Positions 1-13,500 of a stretch of DNA of 64,000 nucleotides are shown here, piece by piece (within the stretch, counting starts at the first letter, position 1; each line of letters starts with the position of its first letter). The notes beneath the pieces were generated by a model, which did no database searches, was not told the origin of the DNA, and worked only from the letters and a program-made list of their open reading frames with translations. The DNA is from the human T2T-CHM13v2.0 reference genome, Homo sapiens, in the NCBI GenBank assembly GCA_009914755.4, contig CP086569.2:21312001-21376000 (forward strand), read 5' to 3'. The translations under genes were made by a program, and so were the position numbers.

Positions 1-84
1 CGGAGCTTGCAGTGAGCCAAGATTGTGCCACTGCACTCCAGCTTGGGTAACACAGCATGATTCTGTCTCAAAAAAAAAAAAAAA
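1..84 (+). mobile_element. Alu SINE, 3' terminal fragment with poly(A) tail
   Basis: The sequence gagcttgcagtgagccaagattgtgccactgcactccagcttgggtaacacagcatgattctgtctc followed by A15 (70-84) matches the Alu right-monomer 3' end. Its 5' part lies outside the window. Confidence 0.85.
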
Positions 85-99
85 TCCAAATATACTAAA

Positions 100-1400
100 G
101 ACTAAAATTTAAGACCTCAATCTACGAAGCTATTACAAGAAAACTTTGGAAAAAATCTGAAGGACATTGGTCTAGGCAAAACTTTTTTGAATAATACCTC
201 AAAATCACAGTTAATCAAATTAAAAATTGACAAAACTGATAACACTAAGTTGAAAATCTTCTGCAGAGCAAAACAATATCAAAATGAAGACACAGCTGAC
301 AGAATGAGAGAAACTATGCAAACCACTCATCTGTCAGGGGATTGATAACCAAAATGTATAAGGAGCTCAAACAACTCTATATAAATAAATTTAAAAATTT
401 AAGTTAGATATTTACATAGATATTTCTCAAGAGAAAACATACAAATGGCAAACAGAAATATAAAATATGCTTAACATTATTGATCATCAAATAAATTCAA
501 ATCAAAACTATGATGATAGATATATTTTCTCACCCCAGTTAAATAATTTTAAAAAGACAAGCAATGATAGATGCTGGTAACGGTGTGGAGAAAAAGAGTA
601 CCCTCGTACACACTGGGTGAAAATATAAATTAGTAACACGAATATAGAAAACAGTTTGAAAATTCCTCAAAAAAACTAAAAATACACCTACTACATGGTC
701 AAGTAATCCCATTCCTGGGTATATACCCAAAAGAAAGGAAACCGGTGAATCAAAGAGATATCTGCCCTTTTATCTTTGTTTCATCACTATTCACTATACT
801 TAAGATTTGGAAGCTATGTAAGTATCCATCAGTAGATGAATGGGTTAAAAAAATTGTATACATATACACAATGGAGTACTATTCAGCCTTAAAAATAATA
901 TTCTGTCATTTATGGCAGCATATATAAAACTGGAGATCATTATGTTAAGTAAAATAAGCCAGACATAGAAAGAAAATGTTACATTTTCTCACTTACTTAT
1001 GGTATCTAAATATCAAAATTATTGAAGTCATGGAGGGAGAGAGTAGAAGTGTGGTTACCAGAGGTTGAAAGGGCAGTGGGGGATGGTGGGGAGATGGAAA
1101 TATTTACTGGATACAAAAAATAAGAATAAATACATAAACATGACCTATTGCTTGATAGTACAACAGGGGATTATAGTCAATTACAGGCTTTTCTCATGTT
1201 CTAAAATAACTTTATAATGTGTTATTTATTAGCTTGTTTGTAACACAAAAACATAAATGGTTGAGGGAGCATTTACCCCATTCTCCATGATGTGATTGTT
1301 ACACATTGTGTGCCTTTATCAAAACAGCTTATGTATTTCACAAATTATACACTTACCTATGCACCAATAACAGTTAAAATTAATATAATTGAGAAAAAAA
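100..1400 (+). mobile_element. Ancient LINE-1 (L1M-type) 3' half: ORF2 C-terminal region plus 3' UTR
   Basis: Sense-strand L1 motifs are present (atgctggtaacggtgtggagaaaaagagtaccctcgtacacactgggt; ccattcctgggtatatacccaaaag; atggagtactattcagcc). The L1M-style 3' UTR (ggttaccagaggttgaaagggcagtgggg) ends in an A-rich stretch near 1390-1400. The 60-aa ORF 745-927 is an ORF2 remnant. Many stops and indels indicate an old element. Confidence 0.8.
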
Positions 1401-2404
1401 TGTAAAAGTGTAATGAATTTTTACAAGTAAGAAAAAATAAGCGTTTGACTTTACAGTCAAACTTTCTTTAATATTGTGTCTGATTTTCCCATTCTTTATT
1501 TAGTTCTCCCTTTTTCCATCTTCTTCCTAACCTTGTTTCTTCCTTTGAACTAAAACATTTTTCTGCCTAATCTTTCAAAAGACATAAATATCCATAAATT
1601 GGCTCTAAAGAAATGAAGATGTGTAAATTACCCTTAAAAATTTAAAATAATTATCTGAGTAATGCTGAATGAGTGAAATAAAACTAGAAAGCTATATTAA
1701 ATGAGAAAAAAGACTATTAAGAAAATAATACAAAGTATTTTTAAAAACCAGAAATTATGTCACCAAATAATAACAGAATTACTATGCAAAAAATTATCAA
1801 ACTTAAGAAAAATACACTAAAAATAAATCTCAATGATCTCCAACTATGATAAACAGAAATAAATCAATAAGAAGATACACTATATGCAAAGTTTCAAAAG
1901 TTACAGATGAAAATGGAATCTTCAAGACAACAAGAGAAAAGTGATATGTCATCTACAAGGAATATCTTTTGAGATTACCTGTGGATTGTTCAAACAAAAC
2001 CTCACAGGACCGAAGAGAATTTGCTGATACAGTCAATGTGCTGAAAGAATTCCATGCAGAAATACTATAAGCAAAAAAACTGTATTTCAAAATGAAAAAA
2101 AAAAAAGTCAAAAATAACCAAATGCTGAAAAGACCTTACTCTTTAGTTTCTGTCAAGAAAAGTGAATAAAAATCCTAATGACTCTCATTTCAACAATAAA
2201 TTTTAACTTAACAGTAAATAAACATTTTAATAAATGTGAAGTGTCTACTCATTACCTAATTATCTTATAGAAAGTCAAAATATTTTACTTCATATATGAT
2301 ATAATGTTATGCTTGGAAAACTGCATATTCTCTGCCAAAGGCTCTTAGAGCTGACAAACAACTTCAGCAACGTTTCTGAGCACAAAATCACTATACAAAA
2401 ATAA

Positions 2405-2778
2405 GTAGCACTTCTATACACCAGTAACATCCAAGATGAGACAAAATCAAGAATGCAATTCTATTTATAATAAACACAAAAAATCATAAAATACCTAGGA
2501 ATACAATTAACCAGGGAGGTAAAAAGTCTCTATGATAAATATTACAAAACACTGCTGAAAGAAATGAGAGAAAAACAAATCGAAAACATTCTATTACTCA
2601 TGGATAGGAAGAATCAACACTGTTAAAATGGCCACACTGCCCAAAGCAGTTTATAGGGTTAGTGCTATTGCTGTCACATCACCAATGACATTTTACAGCA
2701 TGACTTTAAAACTATTATAAAATATTTACAAAACTAACATAAAGACCAAATAGCCAAAACAATACTAGGCAAAAATAA

Positions 2779-2825
<47 letters not shown>

Positions 2826-3595
2826 ATGCTGGATGCATTACACTAACCAACTTTATACTATACTCAATGCTTCAGCAACCAAAACAGCATGGTACTGGTA
2901 CCAAAATAGATACATAGACTAATGAAAGAGGTTAGAGTATCCGGGAATAAAGATGTACACTAGCAACCATCAGAATTTTGTCAAAGATGACAATAACAAG
3001 CAATGGTTAAAAAATATTTAGTAAATGGTGCTGGCATATTTAGCTAGCCATATGTAGAAGATGAAAACTGAACTGTTGCCTTTCATCATTTACAAAAATC
3101 AACTTAAGATAGTATAAACACTTTCACGTAAAAAGTAAAAATATAAAAACTCTAGAAGAAAACCTAAGCCATACTATTCTGGCCATGTGCTTTGGAAAAT
3201 ATTTCATGATAAAGATTCCAAAAGCAATATCAACAATAACAATTTGACAATTAGGACCTAAGTAAACTGAGGGGCTTCTGCACAGCAAACGAATATACCA
3301 ACAGAGTAAACAATGTATGAAATGAGAAAAAAATTGTAAACTATGAATCTGATAAAGATCTCATACCCAGGATTTAGAAAACATTTTAACAAATCAATAA
3401 ATGAAAAGCAAACAACAATCCTATTAAAAATGGGCAAAAGAAATTAACAGACACTTCTCACGAAAACCTCCATGTGTCGAGGAAAGATATAAAATGTTTA
3501 ACATTGCTAATCATTACAGAAGTGTTAATTAAAATCACAATGAGATAATATCTCACATCAGTCTGAATGTCTGAGTGGATATTAATAAAAAGTAA
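2405..3595 (+). mobile_element. LINE-1 (older primate family) ORF2 3' portion, left part of an element split by an Alu
   Basis: Sense L1 ORF2 sequence (ggataggaagaatcaacactgttaaaatggccacactgcccaaagcagtttatagggttagtgctattgc; aaccaaaacagcatggtactggtaccaaaatagatacatagac; ggtgctggcatatttagctagccatatgtagaag; acaatgagataatatctcacatcagtc). The same L1 resumes after the Alu at 3911. Confidence 0.75.
2774..2828. repeat. (ATAA)n microsatellite, about 13 units
   Basis: Perfect ataa tandem repeats are visible in the sequence, embedded in the L1 fragment. Confidence 0.95.
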
Positions 3596-4580
<985 letters not shown>

Positions 4581-4859
4581 CAACAGCTTTAGAGTTCTAT
4601 CAAACAGCATATAAAAATTATTAAAATTGTGAGCAGTTTATGAAAAAACTGCATAATAGAAAAAGCATAAAACAATCTATAGGTAACCAAAAATGTTAAT
4701 CATTTAGAAACTGAATTAATAAAAATATTGTAGCCATAAAAAAGTGTAAATTCTAGAACACTTTTTGAACTTTTGAATGTAGAATTATAGAAAAAAATTG
4801 TTACCATCTTTATATCTCTGGGTATTCAGAATTAATCTCCTACTTATAAATGAGAATAT

Positions 4860-5300
4860 GTGGTAGTTAGTATGCAAAGGTATTCCATGGTGTATATGTG
4901 TAACAGTTATTCTTTATTTAATATACTGTTGATGGATACCTAAGTTAATTTCATGTAGTTGCTCCTGTTAATTGTGCTGCTATGGACACAGGACTGTGTG
5001 TCTTTTTGGTGGAACAATTTATTATTCTAAATGTGTATCCAGTAAGGTGATTATTGGGTTAAATGATATTCCATTTTAGTTCTCTGAGAAATCTCCTTTC
5101 CATCTTAGGTGAATGAACATTTCCACCAACAGTGTATAAGCACTACCTTTGTTTCTACAGCCTTAGCAACATTGTTGTTTTGACTTTTAAATAGTGGTCA
5201 TTCTGACTGCCGTGGAATGTTATATTATGGTTTTGGTTTGTGTTTCTTTGATTAATATTGATGTTGAGCCTTTTTAATGTTTATTGACTGCTTGTAACAT
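4860..5300 (-). mobile_element. LINE-1 fragment (ORF2 3' region), antisense orientation
   Basis: The plus strand reads the antisense of L1 (ggtattccatggtgtatatgtg; catttccaccaacagtgtataagcactacc; gtggtcattctgactgccgtggaatgttatattatggttttggtttgtgtttctttgattaatattgatgttgagcc, which is the antisense of the conserved ORF2 region). Confidence 0.7.
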
Positions 5301-6079
5301 AAAAATCAGAAAGTAAAAACACATAGGAAAAGTAACATCAGTAGGATCACAGAATGGGTGGATCCCACTTGTATACCCTCTCAGGGTAACAACATTTGTC
5401 AGTCATCCCTGGGCAAGTTTTTTATGTGAGCTTTGGGATACAGGTTGTCAGATAGAGGTTGTCAATCTCTGTTAGAGCCCAAGACCTAGAAAAGCTATTT
5501 TAAGAAGGCCTTCATTCACATGGCAAACTGAAAAGCGCATGGTTCAAGTTAAAGACCAGGAAATTGCCCACTCAACTTAGTCCCACTAAGAATTCTAATG
5601 TGATCTTGTAACTCCCTCCAATTTTTCCCAGTCACTATCTGGAAGTAGTCCTTCTCATCAATAGATTTGAAGTTACATATGTCCTTTTACAGCCATGTAG
5701 GCATGGAAAAAGCTTACAGACATTAGTTTTAACTGCGGTACCTAAAGCAGTTTGTGACTCAGTTCTAGCTCTCTCAGCTACAGTCCACAGTTAATAATTT
5801 CTGCATAAAACCCACAAAGTGACTGATGAAAATTCTTTCATGTATTAATTGAGAGCCACATCCATTTACCCTAGTGTCTTCTCTACTTATAAAAGTCCTG
5901 AGAGCAATATAGTTTTTTAAGACACCAAGGAGATATACATCTATGCAAGTCCTTTAGTTACATGACAACCAAAGGCCAACCCCACTGCAGATTCAGCAGC
6001 GGCTTAGTAACACAACTACAACCTCTCTCCATTGCAATCCAATGGGAGATTCAGTTATCCCAGGAATCCATAACTAGGC

Positions 6080-6850
6080 AAAACAATGTTTAAAAACCTA
6101 ACATCCAAATTGGAAAGTGAAAGTAGAAAGGTTGCCATTTGTAAATGACATAATCTTATATATAGAAAACCATAGAGTACATAAAATAACTATTTGAAAT
6201 AATAAGAATATTCAGTAAATTAGCAACATATAATATTAACATACAAACATTGGTTATACTCTCTAGTGTATCACTGATGATAAACTATCAGATAAAATGT
6301 AGAAAGCAATCACATTTATAACAGTATAAAAATATTAAGTTGGTGCAAAAGTGATTGTGTTTTTTGCCATTAAAAGTGCAAAAGTGGTGAAAATCACAAT
6401 TACTTTCGTACCCATCTAACAGTAAATGTTATCAATGCATTTAACTAGAAGATAAAATATATTAAGATATTAATTGAAGAAGACACAAATGACTAAAAAG
6501 ATATACCATGTTTTTAGATTTGAAGAATATTTTTAAAATGAAATATTATCCTGAATGATTTATAGATTTAATGCACCATCTATAAATATTTCAATGATAT
6601 TTTTACAGTAATAGAAAACACAATTCTAAAATTTGTATAAAAACTACAAAAGACTTTAAATAACCAATGAAATTTTAAGAAAAAGCTAAGACTAGAGCAT
6701 CATAGTTTCCAATTCAAAACTATATTTCAAGGCTAAGTTATATAAAAATGTGCATAAAAACTGACACAAAATTAATGGCACAGAATAAAGAGTCTCAGAA
6801 TAAATTAATGTATATAAGACCAACTAATCTTTAATGAGGATCCCAATAAT
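6080..6850 (+). mobile_element. Ancient LINE-1 (L1M-type) ORF2 mid-region fragment
   Basis: Resembles the L1M RT region (gttgccatttgtaaatgacataatcttatatatagaaaacc, compare gtctctgtttgcagatgacatgatcttatatgtagaaaacc). Heavily decayed and AT-rich. Confidence 0.5.
6336..6420. mobile_element. MADE1-like mariner MITE (Hsmar1-derived) nested in the L1M fragment
   Basis: Terminal inverted repeats ttaagttggtgcaaaagtgattgtg ... cacaattactttcgtacccatctaa, with internal tttttgccattaaaagt, closely matching the roughly 80-bp MADE1 palindrome. Confidence 0.6.
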
Positions 6851-6905
6851 AATAATGCAGAATGTATGGTCTTTTTGAACTTGATACTGAGTAAACTATA
6901 TACCC

Positions 6906-6906
<1 letters not shown>

Positions 6907-6937
<31 letters not shown>
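6907..6937. repeat. (CAAT)n microsatellite
   Basis: caatcaatcaatcaatcaatcaatcaat is visible. Confidence 0.9.
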
Positions 6938-6939
<2 letters not shown>

Positions 6940-9900
6940 TATTTTTATGTCATACCACCCTAAAATAATTTGCAATAAAATGAAGTCATAATATATAAAA
7001 CCCTGAAAATCTTAGGGAAACTCACACCCTAAAGGGAAGGGCAATAGACTGGCAGGCTTCAGTACCAACTAATTTAGATCCTTAGGTTCGTGAATGGATA
7101 TAGGTAGTATACAGACAGTTGTTATAGTGGTTCTTGGGCAATACTCAGTACAGTGCTGCCTTCAGGTGTAATCAGGGTTGTCTCAGCTGTGGTAGCCACA
7201 GTGGTGGTTGTATCATCTTTCCTCCAGCTCCATGAAGCTCAACACGGAAAGAGATAGTGTTGCCATATCCTTACTCTTTAGTTTAGCAAGGTCTAAGTTC
7301 TTGCCATATAATCAAGAAGAATAAGACATGCGCATACCAGAGAATGCAAAACAAAATTGTACTAAGCAACAGAAAAGCTCTCAGCAGCTAGAAGGGATGT
7401 GAAAAGCGTTGCCAGAAATGTGATTGTGTTCTGGATCTTATTTGTGGCAAAAACAAGCAGGCTTCTGTGGGTTTCACAAAAATGGGAGGGGTAAAGTTCC
7501 CTGCTCTGACCCAGGGATGTTGCATCTGCACATGCCTAAGGTTAGCCATAGTGACTCCATCTGGGTTATTACCCATGAGTGTCTAAGCAAAACCCATGGT
7601 GTGGGGGTGGGTGTGGCAAAACGACAATGCTAAAGATATTACAATCAGGTCTGGATGAATGTATGGACATTTTGTTGATTTATTGCACCTGCACCTAAGT
7701 TGAGTCAGTAATTTCTGAGCAGACATCCTGGTGTAAAATGAAATTCTTAACCACATTTCTTCCCTCAAGCTACGGGGGAAGTGCAGATGTAGTCCCATGG
7801 GGGTTTTTTTCTTTCCCAAGACCCCTTCTCTCTATCTTCCTAGATAGCCTCTCACTTCCTTTTCTCTCAATAGCCAGTTTATTTGGGAGAAAATAAGGAA
7901 GAATATCAAGAGTGTCTGCTTGATAATTTAGATAATTCTTTCAGATAAATCAAACACCTCCAAGGCAGAACCACTGTGTCTCCAAAACCACACTGTTACT
8001 GGGCTAGTGGTGTCTCATATTGCAGGTACAGCTTCAGTGACCAAAAGCTTGGATCACAACATTGAAGTTTCTTTAAATATTATGATTACAGTGTGGTAGG
8101 AACAATATATGGCCATTGAAACTATTGAGTTATATCTGCCCTATGGTAAATAGCAATGTGGCAGGGGCAACACACAGACACACACAAGACGTCAATGTAC
8201 CCTGTTATAATTGCTCTGTTTTGTATATATAAGCAGATGAGCCTACATCTCTCCTAAGAATATATTGTAATTTTAGGCTGAAATTTGAATTTAAATAAAA
8301 TGTTTATGAGAACCAAATAATTTTTACATCTTTTCATGGTTAATAGTGTAGAAAATATTCTTAGTTTATTCTTCATATTAAAAAACTGGTGGGTAATTTG
8401 GTTATATCTCAAAGCCACATCTTTTACAGATTAATGAAATGCAGACCTAAACAGTGATGGCTATTCATTACTGTCATAACAGAAGATTTCTTAAGCCTTC
8501 CTACTTTGTGCTGTTCAGAAAATGAGGTAAGTTTCTGTGTTTTATCTTGTATTTGAGAATTTGAAACCTTCTTGTTGCCTCATTTAAAGTAACAGTTTCA
8601 CTTGCCATTTGCTTAAAAAATAATAATTGTCTGCATTTAGAATAGAAATACCTATATTGTGGTTCAGTTGTTTTTCTCAAAAAACTATATTTTTCTCTCT
8701 ATAAGCTTGCACAGCTATTAAGTGTATAATCGTATCTTCCTACTCCTACCTCTCCTAGTAGTATACATGAAGTAAAATAACCTCTTTGTCTAGGGATTCG
8801 AACCCACTCAATAACTGGTCCCTCTCATCTGGTCTTTTGGGCCAGCATGCACAGAAGACATTTTACCTGGATTAGGGTACAGAAGCATTTGTGAAGACAA
8901 TGTGTTTTTAGCCAGTGTTTGAAAAACCAGAGAGAGCAGGCACCCTGTGCTTGTAAATGTATGAAAAACTGCAACAGCCAAAGCTTTATCTTCCCATATT
9001 GATGAGATCCCTTGTATCATCTGACCTCCAAAGCAGAGTAGCAACCTGCATACTTGATGTTCTGGATGCTTAGAATATTTTTGAAACAATTTCCAAATGC
9101 ATAATATACTTATGAATAACGTGGATTCTTCCAGTAATCTTCCTACAAAGATTTTTCCACTTTCCTGGCAGATGTTATGGCTAATCTGGTTAGAACTTTT
9201 CTTTTTTGAATGTGAAATGTTTAGTATTCATTTTTCTGGGTACCAATCACTGACTATTATCATTCTTGCCCACATTCAGATCTAAGATTGCTGTTCTCAA
9301 GCTCCCCCCAATGAAGTCTTTGTCTCCACAGGACCTAGGTTGTTTTTGCAATGAATGAAATTATCTCCCAATTAAAAAAGAGGCATTGGTTGAACAATGC
9401 TCTATTGAATTTTGTAAATCATTTTACAAACTGCATGTGCACACAAGGCTCCATGACAATGAATTGCCTTAATCCATGGTTGCATATTCATCTCTAGTAC
9501 TCTCAGAAAAGCAAAATGGACTTTTAACATGTAGTCCTCTGGCATAGTGAAGAAATTAGGTAATGAATTTGTTCATGAAACACTTTAAGTTTAACAGGCG
9601 TCTAACTCATATTTTATATACAGAATATCAGTCTTGAAAATAATATCAAATGACCATCTACTATAAGCATTGAATATACTTTACATTTATTGGGGAAAGT
9701 ACCCTCAATATTTTCTTATAAAATGTAAACTTAAGATGTTCTCAAAGGTTTGGCAAAATGCATACCAGAGAAAGTTATTGTTACCATATGAGATGTGGAG
9801 CAACATGAGTGCTTTTGCTCTTAAGAATTTCTATCTGGACAAGATGAGGAGGAACAGAGTGTTATACTGAAAGTCCTGGACATGTGTAATATCTGGCACT

Positions 9901-10620
9901 GTGTGTGTTTGCACTTCAGAGGTTTTGATTTTAAATTTTAGAATTTTAGAACATATAAAATTAAATATATAGATTATAGAAATAGAATCAAGCTTAGAAT
10001 ATTTTTGAGCTGCTGTAAAACATATTTATGCTTTATGTTAAATATATGTAGAGAACTGTCTAAATTTCAAACAAAATACAAAGTTGCTTCATGAAGTAAA
10101 ATTTTACACTATCGAAGCACATATTGCTCCTGAGGGAGGGCACTCTACGTAAATTAAGGGTAGTCCAACTATAAAGTGTTAATCAGGTATACAGTAGTGT
10201 ATAGTAATGTTATGGACATTCACCTTTTCTCATTATTTACTTTGTTTGTCTCCCAGAGAACATACTGTCTTGCAGACTTAATTTATTATGAAAGCCCCAC
10301 ATAGGAATGCTATAAGTTAAGTCTTCCACATTATTTTAAGTGTACTCATTTATACTTACTTATGTTTAGTTACAAAGCCACGTTCCATTGTGTTATAACT
10401 GCCTACAATATTTAGTAGACTAGCATGGTATATAAGTTTGTAGCTTAACAACCAATGGCTACACAATGCATCATAGGTTTGTTGGCTATCACTTCTTGGT
10501 TTGTGAAAAATGCTATCCAAATGAAATATTTCCTTTAGTATGTGCTAGACTTCTCTTTTCTGTCTCTCATGGTTTGAAATAGATCTTATCTCTTCCTTTA
10601 TGGTGTTTAAGAGTTTTGCT

Positions 10621-10858
10621 ATAAACATACACGTGCATGTGTCTTTATAGCAGCATGATTTATAATCTTTTGGGTATATATATACCCAGTAATGGGATGG
10701 CTGGGTCAAATGGTATTTCTGGTTCTAGATCCCTGAGGAATCGCCACACTGACTTCCGCAATGGTTGAACTAGTTTACATATATTTAACAAACCTGCAGA
10801 TTGTGCACATTTACCCAAAAACTTAAAGTATAATTTAAAAAAAAGAAAAAAAGAAAAA
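10621..10858 (+). mobile_element. Truncated LINE-1 insertion with 5' inversion (twin priming): antisense ORF2 piece plus sense 3' UTR end plus poly(A)
   Basis: Positions 10621-10788 read antisense L1 (ataaacatacacgtgcatgtgtctttatagcagcatgatttata...gggatggctgggtcaaatggtatttctggttctagatccctgaggaatcgccacactgacttccgcaatggttgaactagtttaca). Positions 10789-10840 read sense 3' UTR end (taacaaacctgcagattgtgcacatttacccaaaaacttaaagtataat) followed by poly(A). The flanks carry agttttgct on both sides (10612-10620 and 10859-10867), consistent with a target-site duplication. Confidence 0.7.
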
Positions 10859-12439
10859 AGTTTTGCTGCAGGCTACAGCAATGTTGCTAAGCAAAATGAG
10901 CATTTGTCTTACTTAGCTGCCAAACATGCAAATCAGACCAACTGTTTTTAGAAGTACTGTCTCTGTCTCCACCCCAACAGCCACAGGCATGCATGGCTCA
11001 AGATATATTTTCTTACACTTTTCCCTTTTAGCTAAGTTGCCTAGACATGTCCACAGAATGCAAAGGCCTCACTGAACAGTCATGAAGGGGTGGAGAAGAG
11101 CAGCACCAGTCTCGGCTTCCTTAGCCTCTGCTGTCTTAGCCTGCAGGACCTTAGCCTCTGCTACCTGAGATGAGGGAGGGAGAAAACTGCAGCAGTAGTT
11201 GTGACCACACGGGGCCAACAGACAGATGCTTCTCAGCCATTGCACCCAAAGAATGTTTCTCCCCTGACCAAGGAATCCAACCCTGTCTGAATTGAGGGAA
11301 GGACACAAGGATTAAAGGAACCAGCTTGCACTGAGCAAGGGGTTCCTTCTCCAGGAACTTTTTTTTTTAGTTTAAAGAGTTTTTCTCATTTTCTCCACCT
11401 TTTCTAAGTGAGAGGACTTCCCCTTCCAGCATTCTATTTCTGAAAGGAAAGTTAATGGAGAATTGACCCCTGCTGGCTGATTGACCCCTGCAAGCAAATT
11501 TGGCAGGGCTTCTTTGCAACATTCTAAATGGATACTAACAGCCTTTGAAGTATCATTTTAGTCCCAAATTTGATTTCAAGTTTCAGGCTGAAGCCTTAAA
11601 TAGAAATAACAGATTTCGGTGATCGAAAGCCAGGCAACAGGTACAATACAAATGGGCAGGATCAATTCCTGCTGACTAAATCCTCCACCCCATGGAAGAA
11701 GGCTATGCCCCATGACATAAACAAGCCAAGGAAACACAAAAGTTGTTGACAGCAGGAAGGCATAGGTAAGGGCAGTTAATTCTTATTCTCCAAGTTTTCC
11801 CTGCTTCATGGGGACATATCACATTGGTACCTATGGGAGGCAACTGCAAATGCCATAGGGACTCAGGGATAAAAGGTGGAAGGAAAGGGAGGATGCTTGC
11901 TTTCTCTCTCCATCACACATTGAGTTTTTGCTGAAAAAAAAAAAAGAGGGGCAAATGAGGGACACCTTTATTCTGTATATTTCAGAATGGGCAACCAGTT
12001 TACTTAACCACCCCAGCTCATACTTCTTTGGAGTGTATTCTGAACTATTAGTACTGCCTTGACCTTCAGAATCTTGAGAAAAAAAAACACTTCATAGCAC
12101 TCTGCACAAAGGTTTTGCCAAATTATAATTTATAGCAAAGACTGGCTTGGGCTCAGGAAACAACCGTGTATTTTTCTACCATCTGGCATCTGAAAGTGTT
12201 TTGTAGATGTGAGGATAGATGGTCTGAGGCCCCATATGTGTATGCTTTCTATACCTTGCAAGACAATCCAGACCTTTGGCAACATTGTAGGATTGACCTA
12301 GCCCTCCCTTTTGCCATCTCAGGAAAGGTTGCAAGAGGCAAGACCAGGAAATTAAAAATGAGAGTCCCAAAGGGACTCCCAGCAGCAGAGCCAGGTCCCT
12401 CCAGCCCTGCTGTGCCAAGACCAGCTCGGCTGGGGAGAC

Positions 12440-13190
12440 CCTAACCCAGTGGTGCTAGAGGAATTAAAGACACACACGCAGAAATATAGAGGTGTGAAGT
12501 GGGAAATCAGGGATCTCACAGCCTTCAGAGTTGAGACCCCCAACAGAGATTTACCCACATATTTATTAACAGCAAACAAGTCATTAGCATTGTTTCTACA
12601 GATATTAAATTAACTAGAAGTATCCCTTATGGGAAACGAATGGATGGGCCGAAATAAAGAAATGGGTTGGGCTAGTTAACTGCGGCAGGAACATACCCTT
12701 AAGGCATAAATTGCACATGCTATTGTTTGTGGCTTAAGAATGCCTTTAAGTGGTTTTCCACCCTGGGCAGGCCAGGTGTTCCTTGCCGTCATTCCCGTAA
12801 ACCCAAAACCTTCCAGCTTGGGCGTTAGGGGCCATTATGAACGTGTCACAGTGCTGCAGAGGTTTTGTTTATGGCCAGTTTTGGGGCCAGTTTATGGCTA
12901 GATTTTGGGGGGCTTGCTCCCAACACTGCTTCTCTAGGTATCCTCCAACTTCTCCATCCAGCTTCAGCCTTTCACTTGCCCACTTCTAGAAATCCTCTTT
13001 TGAAACAAGCCCCAGTCTCCCTCTTTCCCCTCCAACATACACCCAGTGAATTTGGGCATAGTAAGGTCCAGGTCTTTTTTTTCCTACAGGACTCAGAGCA
13101 AACTGAGGATCTTGGCAGGTTTTCAGATGACCCTGCTAGAGAAATAAATGCTTTCCAAATTTCACTCAAATATTTGAACTCTCCTAGATA
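12440..13190. repeat. LTR-like interspersed repeat (possibly the 5' U3 portion of an ERV1 LTR; family uncertain)
   Basis: A moderately CpG-containing block (gtgaagtgggaaatcagggatctcacagccttcagagttgagacccc ... ttattaacagcaaacaagtcattagcattgtttctacag ... ccaggtgttccttgccgtcattcccgtaaacc ... ggccagttttggggccagtttatggctag) that I recognise as a recurrent human repeat but cannot name with certainty. Confidence 0.3.
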
Positions 13191-13203
13191 GATGTTATGT
13201 TCT

Positions 13204-13500
13204 TTTTTTTTGTTTTGTTTTTTGTTTCTTTTTTTTTTTGGAGACGGGGTCTCGTTCTGGTGCGATATTGGCTCATTGAAAGCTCCACCTCCTAGGTTCA
13301 TGCCATTCTCCTGCCTCAGCCTCCTGAGTAGCTGGGACTACAGGCACTGACCACCATACCTGGCTAACTTTTTGTATTTTTACTAGAGATGGGATTTCAC
13401 CATGTTAGCCAGGATGGTCTTGATCTCCTGACCTCGTGATCTGCCCACCTCGGCCTCCCAAAGTGCTGGGATTACAGGCATGAGCCACTGCACCCGGCCG
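13204..13500 (-). mobile_element. Alu SINE, full length (AluS-like), minus strand
   Basis: A poly(T) run is followed by ggagacggggtctcgttctg...gcctcagcctcctgagtagctgggactacaggc...ggcctcccaaagtgctgggattacaggcatgagccactgcacccggcc, which is the reverse complement of the Alu consensus. Confidence 0.9.

Noticed and set aside
5330-6075. An approximately 750-bp block that feels repeat-like (possibly LTR-derived) between two L1 fragments
   Set aside because: I could not match it to any repeat consensus from memory and there is no internal structure. It is left unannotated pending RepeatMasker.
12166-12579. Overlapping ORFs on both strands (92, 80 and 75 aa) in a relatively GC-rich stretch, considered as a possible small gene or bidirectional promoter
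   Set aside because: The region runs into an LTR-like interspersed repeat. The ORFs overlap each other on opposite strands, which is typical of chance ORFs in GC-richer sequence, and they have no recognisable domain. No CpG island is present.
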